Below are positions 32,301 through 57,300 of a DNA stretch of 64,000 bases, piece after piece (position 1 is the first letter of the stretch; every line of letters begins with the position of its first letter). This DNA comes from Eledone cirrhosa (lineage: Eukaryota), in NCBI GenBank assembly GCA_964016885.1, contig OZ024750.1, positions 18,414,001 to 18,478,000 of the forward strand, read 5' to 3'. The notes beneath the pieces are model-generated. The model did no database searches, was not told the origin of the DNA, and saw only the letters and a program-made list of their open reading frames with translations. Both the position numbers and the translations under genes were made by a program.

Positions 32301-32340
32301 GTGATGACGTGTACACACAATACAGAAACCAGTGACGTAA
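32301..32340 (-). promoter_or_regulatory. Putative PSMC3 proximal promoter with two CRE/ATF-like TGACGT sites
   Basis: TGACGT at 32305-32310 and TGACGTAA at 32333-32340, 40-70 nt upstream of the ATG, in a CpG-poor background. Confidence 0.35.
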
Positions 32341-35300
32341 ACACACATTCAAATATATCGGTCTGATAAATAGTTAAGAATTTATTTGGAAAATATCGAT
32401 TAAAATTGTGGAGTGTATCAGTTAAATAATAATAATACAGTAAGTAATATTAATATCATATACATATTATATAATGTTTATGATTCACAAAAAAATCAAT
32501 AAAAGAATTAAAAGCAAGAAAGAAAAGAAAAAAGATACAAAATTGCACACAACAACAAAGAAAACTTTTGACACAAGACAAAACACGGCATTGCCACGGA
32601 TGATAGCGTGGCTGATGTGCTGGAATAGCCAAGCTCTCTCACCAGTTACTTCGGTAATACAGGGTGATGGCGTGGTTAAACTGCTGGAGTAACCAAGCAC
32701 CCTCATCATTAGTATTACCTGATATTTCAGGATAGCCAGGTGATAGCGAGACTAAGGTAATGGAACAGCCAAGCATTCTCACCAGCATCATCTGACACTT
32801 CAGTAAGGCCAGAATCACCTGATACTTCAGTAAGACCAGGGGATAGCTAGGCTAAGGTGCTAGAATACTCAAGCATCCGTATGAGTTGTCGTGAGGAGGC
32901 GAAGGGACTTACCTTAGCGTCTCCACTCGACTCCAAACTGAATCTCCCTGAGCGGATTTTCACCTGTTTTACGTCCGGCCAAAAAATACCGAGAATTTCT
33001 CACACACAATCATAGCACTCATGAACATTACCTTAGTCTCGTTATCACCTGGCTATCCTGAAATATCAGGTAATACTAATGATGAGAGTGCTTTGTTATT
33101 CAGAGTTCGCAAGCCTTCTCTCTGATCGGTACTGCGTCCTGATCAAAGAGAGAAGGCTTGCGAACTCTGATGTCACATCACTGGACGCTTGTTTCCGACA
33201 AGACCTCCCCTGCACTTCCAGCACTCTAGCCCCACATGTTCCCCCACCCCCTAATCACAAGGATCAATTACTCCATCATATCATTCCATGTCAAAGTTCG
33301 TCATCCATCTGGGTGAACGGCGTTTCTGTTGCGATGTCCACACAGTTGAGGTGGTGCTTTCATTCTCCTTTTCTTCAAAGTCCGTCAAATCAACAACTAC
33401 GGACATAGAAGCCGTGATGCAACATTCCGTCCACAGCCATGTTGTTATGAGAATTTATAGCCATTACCATTCCCTTTCCCCATTGAGATGAACAGTGTGT
33501 ATTTGGAGGCTTGACCCAGTTCTGGGACTTCATTTCTCCTCTGAAATACCAGTGTGCCCGTCTTGTCTCTTCGTAGCTTGAGTCCCAGTGCGGCTCCTCC
33601 TTCCATCGCCACTGGCAGTTTCACGGTTAAGCCAAACCTTCCTAGGTGGCTCCGAACAGCATGCAGCTATGTCAAGAGATGAGCTGAAGGCCAAGTGAAA
33701 GCGAAGCTGAGGTACTGAAATAGCCAAGCACCCTCACTTGATACTTAAGAAAGACTTAGTGATAGCAAATCTTGTAATGTCTTGAACTATATTATTATTT
33801 ATTGATTATTTAACCAAATTAAGATATTCAGGGGAACAGCCAAGCACCCGATACTTCAGTAAATTGAACCATCAACAATGAAAATGTTTGTTATAAGCGG
33901 CTCTAAGTTGATGTTTGGAACAATACTTAACAAAAATGTCTTAAATAAAATTATGAAATAATTTAATAAGTACCAAGAGCAGTCAAGGACAAATTGAGGG
34001 CTATTTGACTTTCTAAATGGCACACCACAATTTTATGTGATAACATTACTCCAAGACTTCAGTTTTTTTTTATTATAGAAAAAAGCATTTTCTCAGGCAG
34101 ATGCTGATATGTATGGTTTTCTGTAGTGGAAATATCTGAAGTTCCTTTTTAGTTGTGTGGCCTGTCTCATGATAGACAATATCTCATGTAAAAGGTTGCC
34201 CATGTCTAGTCTAGAGGAACTTACAATATAGAACTTAAACGAAATAATAACTATCAATAAATTAATAACTAATTTTCTCAATCAACGCTGACTTTTAATA
34301 TATTAGTTTCTTTCTATTACCAATCTATATTCTACCTTTTCTTTCTTTTAGATTGGTGATCATTGTGTATATGTTGGAACTAAATGAGTTTTATATAAAA
34401 AAAATAAAAAAAGCTGTATGAGCATTTTAAAATAAACAGTTTTTGTATCATAAGACTAGAAGTGCTTTCATGGGTGTTGGTATGAAAAGGGTTAAGACAT
34501 TTTCCCAAGTCTTGTGGCTTTAAACTCTTGCCAAACTCATGTTCGTACATTGAAAAAAAAAAGAGGGTGAGTTGCCTCCCCTAGTTTATTGCGCACTTCA
34601 CTGTTATTTATGTTTTAGCTATTTTAGACATTTACGCATTGTAAGAACTTACGTTCCAGGGTCACATATAGTTAGACGGAATAGCCTGTTTGTGAAATTA
34701 ACGTGTAACTGGCTGAGTAATCCACAGTCACGTGTACCCCCAACGTATTTCTCAAAGAGATTAGGCTGGCTCTTTGAATTATATATGCAGTCTGTCTTGG
34801 ATATAGTATAAGTGTTTGTGATTCTACAGATACGTCTTGTCTAAAGGGAGATCCAATGTGACAAAATTTGAAACAACGCCGACCCTTTGAATTACAGGTA
34901 CAACTAAATAAGTGAACTGTAGCCCAGTTGGGCCCAGAACTTTCTAAGGCCAGTCCTGTTGTGAAGGACTGGTTTATACAGCAAATAGCTGTATTATTTC
35001 ATCAGTCATCTTATTGCGTTTTTACATGACCTTCCTCTATCCACTAGCCATGACTGCAGTAAATCACATTCTTAAGCCTTTAGCATTTACATTACTCTAT
35101 ATTTACTATTATATTTTCATGGTAAAGGGTTTACCTCACATAACAGAGAATGTATGAGATTTTGATATTATTTATTTATTTTGAGAACAATACCTTAACA
35201 TCTGTATGAGCAGCCAGTTACAGCCGGTTTGAACAGAAAGAAGTGGGAGAATTCTGGCCAGATACAGCCATTTTAAATGCTTAAGGGTTAAGTACAATAT

Positions 35301-36193
35301 TTGAATTTTGATGGAAAATGACTCACAAGTAGCAGGGGTGGATTCATTTTTAACATCCTATAATGATTTATCAGAATATATAAAAAAAAAAAAACTGGTC
35401 TGTTAATTCAAATGGTTATAGTATCTTTACTAGTAGACAGATTGGTGAAAATTTCCATTAGAATAAAGACTTTAATTTCTAACATAATGCAGTCATAGTG
35501 CTGTTTTGTACTTTTCAAGAATGTCTTGCTATGGTTTCATATGGTTTGTTAATTCAAATGTTTATAGTTTCTTTACTAGTAGACAGATCATTGTGAACAT
35601 TTATAGAAAACTAAAGATTTTAATTTTTAATGTGTTGATATGAATGAAACATTGAACAATCTCAGTATAAATGGATTTAATATTAAAATTCAATAGTTTA
35701 TCAAACATAGCCAGACTTTTGAATGTAAACATACAATCAGATATGTGTTTATATATATACATATACATCATCATCATCATCACCGTGTATATATATACAT
35801 ACATACACACACCATTTTACAAAGTGAACTTGGTGCTTTTTCCATGGTACCAGTCACTGTAAAGTGGTAGTAATGGTGCCATGAGAAAACAAACCTGGTT
35901 GTGATGTTAATGATATTGTGTATATATAAATTTTGTGTGAGTGTGTGGTGTGTGTATGGGTATTTAGTTTTGATGGTTGTGAGAATACTCAACCCATGGT
36001 ACAGATTAATAGTTTTATTGTGTATATAGGTAAGTGACTAATAATGCATGTGTGGTGTGTATGTATGTGCATGTGTGTGTATCTGTGTGTGTGTATGTAC
36101 ATGTGTGTGTGAGAGCTTTTGTGATGGTATAGTCAGCATTTAATTGATTTAGTTAACCTTTAGAACTCATTTACAATTGTTTTCTTTTCTAAA

Positions 36194-36199
36194 TTTATT
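36194..36199 (-). terminator. Candidate polyadenylation signal of AAMP
   Basis: AATAAA on the minus strand ~25 nt after the TAG stop. Confidence 0.5.
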
Positions 36200-36223
36200 A
36201 AAAACGAATCATGAGTTTGGCAT

Positions 36224-49932
<13,709 letters not shown>

Positions 49933-50826
49933 AGCTGCTTTTTACGGTGTACAATCAAATATAGTTCCCAGATAAACATGTTCTTTTTATTACTATTGTA
50001 AATTAAAAATCAAGAGGGTTTCATCATCATCATCACCGTTCTTCCATGCTAGCATGGGTTAGACGGGTTGTCCTGTTGTGGGCAGTGTCTGGTCGACTGA
50101 CCATGCCTTGCTCATATAGGAACTGATTTTGGCTTCGTTTCTACAGCTGGATGCCCTTCCTAACACCAACCTCATTTACAGTGAGTGCTGGGTACTTTTT
50201 TCCGTGACGCCTACACGTCCACTTTACAGTGTGGGCTGCGTGCTTTTTTGCCGTGGCAAAAAAGCACGCAGTTTCTGGGAATAAATGGGCAAAGAAGATA
50301 TTTTATTTAATTTTAAAATAAATCATTTATAATTGATATACTCTTAAAATACACTGAGAATTAACAAAACAAAATGCTATTTCATGTGAGTATCTTTGTT
50401 GGTCAGCTCTGATGAAGCAAATCTAGAATAAAATGTTATGTATCTGGGATCACATTATAGTTGAGTGCAGTTTTGAGAGAGATTTGGCCGCTATTTCTAG
50501 CAGGTCGGGCGTTTGCATAGAAGCTCTCCTCATTCTCACGTTCTAGAACAGATGTGTGTGTGTGTTGTCCTTATGTAATTATCTCAAAGCGGTGCTAACC
50601 TTGCTGTGTTATGTATTTTTTTCATTCACTAGAAGTATTTTCTGTTACTTTATTATTTCAAAACACCACTCATGTATTTAATCAAGGTAGAGCGAATCGC
50701 TCCTATTAAAGAAGTCAGTTAGTTCACAGCTACGGTACGATAATAGTAAATAATAAGTATTTCAAAGTCGAAGTCATAGTGAGAACGTACACATAAACAC
50801 AAATAAGTGAAAACCGACTGGAAGTC
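49933..50826. promoter_or_regulatory. Probable shared (bidirectional) promoter region of AAMP and FOXRED1
   Basis: Divergent ATGs only ~0.9 kb apart. Contains an RTE-tail SINE fragment at 50021-50271. TSS positions cannot be determined from sequence. Confidence 0.5.
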
Positions 50827-51117
50827 ATGTTCGCTCGAAGAGTACTTGCAAGGTGTTATTGTAGCAGTAAAAATGGCAATAAGCCTCCTTTACCACATTT
50901 TTCTGCTGCAGGAGAACACAGATCGCCGTGGGAAATTCTGAAGAACGAATTTAAATCGATCAAAGATGGTAATTTGAATTTACCCGAAAGAAAAGTACCT
51001 CGAGAATCGGATATCATAATCATTGGAGGTGGTCTCATTGGATCGTCCGTGGCCTATTGGCTCAAACAAAGAAACCCGAAAGCCTTAGATATTACTGTTG
51101 TTGAAAGGGATCCTTCG
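50827..51117 (+). CDS. FOXRED1: FOXRED1 exon 1
   Basis: MFARRVLAR...[19 protein letters not shown]...VVERDPS, gtaaga donor. Confidence 0.93.
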
Positions 51118-51353
51118 GTAAGATCTATTCTTAGTTTTCTTTTTATTGATTTGTTCTATAAAAGACATTAATTTCTTATATAAATACATGGCGATAAATG
51201 TATGTGCGATTTTTTAATCTAAAGAGTTGACAGCACCAGCGCCGGTTAGAGAGGGCACCAACCATACTGTTTACCCTAGGACTCGGCACTGTTAAAAAAT
51301 AGCGAATTACGGGGCTCACAATTCTATATTAATAAGTGGTAGGTGTAGTTGTG

Positions 51354-51392
<39 letters not shown>

Positions 51393-54300
51393 AGCGGTTG
51401 AGTTGTTTAATGCCCATATCAATGAAAGCAGCCTTCTACTTTCAGTGAGTTCTGTGATACTTGTTTATGCTGTAATATGTTTACGTATACTACCAGGATT
51501 CCCCGGCCTTGCTGTCTTTCCCAGTGTACGGCAAAAGTAAAGTAAAATGAAATTGTTACAGCAAAATATCGGATCGAGTTTGTTTATTGTTCTACAATGC
51601 TCGTTGTATAAACAGAAAATTGTGACCTTCGGACGTTTTACAAGGTACCAACTCGGCTTGACAGAAGCTTGCTTCCTTTGTAAACTGGTCACAGAGGGAG
51701 CAAGGTGGAACCTGTTAGTATAGGCTTATGATTTTGTGTAGCTTAGTTGTTAAAATATTCGGCTCACGATGGAAAAGTTGGCAACGCGTTGTGTCCTTGA
51801 TTACATTACATTATTTCAGGTTGCTTTCATCCTTCCTGGGTCGATAGAATAAAGTACCAGTAATGCATTGAGTAATTGCTGGCCTTGTGCCAAAAGTAGA
51901 AACAATTATTTCAGGTTGCTCCAAAACATTTAGTTGGTGAAAAAAAAATGAGTTATACGTATAATTCGAAGAGCAACTTTTTGTCACACACTGTATCGCG
52001 TTGTAATTTCCCAGAGAACGAGTTAAGAGTCCACACATCTGTGGAATACTCAGCCACCTGCTCATTAATTTCATGAGCAGGTTCTGTTAATTAAGCAACT
52101 GGAACATTCGTCAGAACCGACGGAGGTTCAAGTTCTAGGTCTTTATTCTGTTTTGTTATTTGTAATTACACCATGTACACTATATACAAATATATACTAT
52201 GTATATTATATACATGTGTTATACCAGTAATTCATTCATAAACCATGTTAGAACTGATTAATAAAAACTCTCTTTCTTCATTTGACCATTCTAGTCTAGC
52301 CAATTTGCCCAGTGGATATGCTTTGCTGAGGAGATCTAACAAGATCGAAACATGCATGTTGCTTTCAACAGGCTGGCTTATAGAAAAGGTCCGCTTCACT
52401 GCATTGTCATAAAATGTTCCAAAAGACTTGGATCAGCTCTGGCTATAGGAGTTCTTTCATTTGCTTGCTTCTCCTTATTTAAACACCCTTAATGGGAATT
52501 TCCGTTTTGAAAGTGTGAACATAGTCTCAGTTGAATGGAGTTTATTCACACTAGCCATATTCAGAATATGAGACTCAATGTCTGTGTGTGTGTTGATATA
52601 TAAACATGAGTATTTGTGTAAGGAATTCCTGTGATTCTAGATTTTATAGAGTGTAATTTGTATGCTTTGTTTCCTATTTAGTATACAAGAGCTGCCAGTT
52701 CGTTATCCTGTGGAGGAATACGGCACCAATTCTCCCTGTCTGAAAATGTCAAACTTTCCATGTTTACATCAGAATTCCTCAGAAATATCAAACAATATTT
52801 AAGTGTTTTAGGTGAGTGGCAAATATTTTGACTGTTTTTTCATTGACTAGTGGACCAGTACCATTAACCCTTTAGCATTTAAACTGGCCATATCTGGCCA
52901 GAATTCTCTTATCTCTTTCTGTTTAAACCAGATGTAACCAGCTGCTCATACTTACGATAAGATATTGTTCTTCAAATAACTGATATCAAAATTTCATAGA
53001 TTCAATATTATGTGAGATAAAGTCTTTACCACGAAAATATAATAATATACAGAGTAGTATAAATGCTAAAGAGTTAATGACAGCAATAACATTGAACATA
53101 TTTAATTGTTGTAGTCCAGGATTGGTATACCATATATACCAAGATTACTGGATGTATGAACAATCTTACAATCTGGGAAATTTTCAGCTGATAAATTGAT
53201 AAATTTATGGTTTGTATAAGAGAAACTGTATATTTATGTTGATTACTAAAACGTGGTAGTGAGTAAAGATAAGAATGATATTTCTAGTATTTAATTACAT
53301 TAATGTTCAGGATAAGCGCATACCCTCCATCAGACACCTACCATACTCTGAACGCCTTGCTTCCCTGGGCATGGATTCATTGAAGCTCCGACGTCTGGCA
53401 ATGGACTTGGTGAATACCCACAAAGTTTTTAACCATCTCGCCAACTGCAACCCTGAGCGCCTCTTTGATCTCCATGTGTCTAACACACGTGGACATGCCT
53501 ACAAGATAAGAAAACAGCACAGCTCCCATGACTTTCGCAGACATTTTTTCACGCTCAGAGTTGCTGAAGCATGGAACAAACTGCCTGCGTCAATTGTTAG
53601 CTGCCGAGACACTGCATCCTTTAAGACACTCATGCTTCCCGAAATACGCCAAAACTACACCTGATGTACCCCTTCCATACACATGCACACATGTGTGTAT
53701 CATGACTCGTGCACTGTTCATTTTACTGATGTTTGTGCATTGCCCTATGTACTGTACATGCACTTTTTTGATGAGTTGTGGTGCACCTGGGCACTGTACA
53801 CAATATTTCATTATTGTTATTGTTATTATATCATGACTCATACACTGTTTATTTTCCTGACATTTGTACATTATTCTATGTACTATAAATGCACCTTTGA
53901 TGAGTTGTAGTGCACCTGAGCACTGTACACAATAATTTCATTATCATTATCATATAAAGAAATGTTTACAAGGACTAATGTATGGTTAGAACCCAGGACC
54001 TTGTGACTGGATAGTCAACTATTTATTGCAGCAACATAACTGAGATAGAAAATGCATTGTGTATATGTATGTATACATTTTAAAGAGTTACAAATACACA
54101 CACACACGTTTTTTAAATTATATATATACATACAAACACACAACGTATTATTATGCTTAATTCCGCAAGTTACAAATGGCTCTAAATATCACTTGGAAAC
54201 GCCACACCACCATTGAAATTTATGATGGTTTGCCAAAACCAAAACTCACACAAAAGGTATCTCAGCAAAGATTGCAATTGACAGGTCAGTGTGTGAGGTA

Positions 54301-57300
54301 TCCTGCAGAAGAAGCCCTAAATTAGGTGCTATGGCAGCCAGCAAATTTACTCTATTTTATATATTTTTTCTCCCCAGACATGGACCCTCCTGATGTTCAG
54401 TTTAATCCTCAAGGATATTTATTCTTGGCTACAGCTGCTGGATCAGAACAACTTGCAATGAATGTCAAAATGCAAAGGTAATACCACTCCCCTCTGCCCA
54501 CACACTCAATACATCTATTTCTTCTCTCCAGTACTGGATTAACCATCATCATCATCATCATGATTAAACGTCTGTTTTCCCTGCTAGCAAGGGTCGAATG
54601 TGTTGTCACTACTTAAAAAGCTTCATCATGATTTTATGTAAAAACCTTATAAAGTTATGTTGTAAACACTAAATTAACAACGAGAAAGTTAATTATATTA
54701 ATAAATCCCTCCAAATTCTTGATTATTTTCAAAATTATTTGAAAACCACAGGCAGTGTCTTTCATTAGAAATATAGGAAGAAAAAAGTAAAACAAACCAA
54801 AATATTTTTTCTGTTAACAGAGAAACTGGTGCCAAAGTTGAACTGCTGAGTCGTGATCTTCTCGCCAAAAAATTCCCTTGGTTGAATTTACATGGAATTG
54901 AACTCGGATCCTATGGTAACTCATTGTTTTGTTTTTGTATCATATTTTGTAAACAATAGTGTTATAATGTTTAGAGTACCCCTGGACTTACAACATTAAA
55001 AAAATAGCACTGCTAGACACTGCACACATAGAGAAAATGGCAATACCTGACACTTCAGACAATACCTAACCCTTTAGCCGTATCCAGCCAGAACTATCTC
55101 ACCACTTTCTGTTGAAACCAGCTGTAACTGGCCACTCATACTTATTTTAAGCAAATAAATCTTGAATCACAAATTGCTCATCTACAAAGGAATGTCCTGT
55201 TGGGCCTGCCCATATACCCAGGAAAGTAGTGTCTGTCGAAGGTCCTTGTTGAGATCTGATAGTTGAAAATCCAGTAATTATCATATTCACTCTGCAATTC
55301 ATACATAATACTAATAATAATGATTTCTAATTGAGGCACAAGGCCAGCAATTAAATTGATCCTCAGTACTTGACTGATACTTTATTTTATTGACCTTGAA
55401 AGGATGAAAGGCAAAGTAGACTTTGGCAGGATTTGAAACCGGAACATGGAGCGTCTTATCAAAATCCCACAAGGCCTTTCATCCAATACACTCAATACAC
55501 TGACAATTCTGCCAAGGTTCAATATTGATCTTTGTTTATTCTTTCTTTCTTGTCTATTTACAGGACTTGAAGGTGAAGGTTGGTTTGATTCATGGACGTT
55601 AATCCGAGCTCTCAAACAAAAGAATTTATCCCTAGGTGTGAGATACATCAATGGTGAAGCAGTAGGGTTTGATCTCAAGTCATATGTAGAACATAGCAAT
55701 GATGGGCTTGTTACAAGAAATAAATTAGATTGTGTACAGGTAAACTATTATATTATTGATTTATTAATCCTTTAGCATTTAAACCACCTTTTTCTGAACA
55801 AACCGGCTGTAATTGGCTGCTCATACTGATGTTAAGGTATTGTTCTCAAAATAAATAATATCAAAATTTCATTGATTCGATATTATGTGAGATAATTATG
55901 TAAGGTAAAGCCTTTACTGTGAAAATATAATAGTAAATATAGAGTAATGTAAATGCTAATGGATTAAATAACCATTATACAATTTACTTAAGTATAGGTA
56001 AACTATTATATAACTGATTTATTAATTATCATTAAACAATTTACCTGTGTACAGGTAAACTATTACATTGCTGATTTATTAAATAATTATTAAACATATT
56101 AACTGTGTATAGGTAAACTTTATGAAAACATTTCAAAAAAATATTGGTGAGCTGTAGTAGTGGTGTTGTTGGTGGTGATGTTGCTGGTGGTGGTGGTGAT
56201 GTTGTTGGTGGCTGTGGTGGTGTTGTTGGTAGCTGTGGTGGTGGTGCTGCTGTTCGTTGTGCTGGCAGTGGTTGTGGTGTTGGTGGTAAAGACTGTGCTG
56301 ATAGCAATAGTAGTAGTGTTGGTGGTGGTATTGACGTTGATGGTAGCAATGTTGTTTTATTAAATTATAGATGGTGTGGAGTTGGTAGTGATGTTGTTGC
56401 AGTAGTGGTGATAGTAGTAGTAGTAATGTTAGTGGTGGTGTTGTTGGTAGTGGTAGTGTTGTGTTGGTAATGGTGGTGGTAATGTTAGTGGTGATGGTGT
56501 TGGTAATGGTTGTGGTACTCTTTGAACTGATATCTATAAATTTCCCTCCTCCTTCTTCTCTTCTTCCTGTAGATAAAATGTGATGATGGAATCTACCATA
56601 CCAAGTTTGCTATAGTAGTTAACTGTGCTGGTCCCTGGGCTGGAGAGGTGGCAGAAATGGCAGGCATTGGACATGGTAATGGGGTTATGTCAGTCCCTTT
56701 ACCAGTGGAACCCAGGTAATATACTAGTACATAAATTTCATTATTGATCAAAACAACATCAATGTGGCTGTGTGGTTAACCAGTTCACCTCAGACATACT
56801 TGGATTTAGGCTCTAACCCACTGCCTGATATCTTGGGCATGTGTCTTCTGCTATACCCATAGGCTGACCAATGACTTGTCAGTGAAATTTGGTAGATGGA
56901 AACTACAGAAGCCAATTGTATATACATATATAAGTATGTGTATGGATATATATATGTATATGTGTGTGTATATATATGTCTATGTATATATGTGTGTATA
57001 TATATGTATATATATATATGTATTTTCATTCTGAGGATTGAAAGCAAAACCTTTTGCTTTTAAGAAACCACTGGTAAATGGAATAATTGCCTTATGTTGT
57101 TTATTACATAATAATAATATATGTATGTATATATATATATGTGTATATATATATGTATATATATATATATAGATATATATACATATATATTTCATATAGA
57201 ATTGACTTCTATAGGACTAGAACTGTTTCAGTCATTTGAAAACATTTACTAATGTATTGAGTACCTTATTTAACTGTGATTTCTTTCTGATTTCCTTCGG

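Noticed and set aside
33180-33690. GC-richer stretch with several short ORFs, possibly a LINE endonuclease N-terminus (minus strand, ...VDIATET...)
   Set aside because: Only weak motif resemblance. It cannot be supported as a gene or a specific element.
56041-56470. Gly/Val-rich or Pro-rich ORFs resembling structural or membrane proteins
   Set aside because: Trinucleotide low-complexity tract inside FOXRED1 intron 5.
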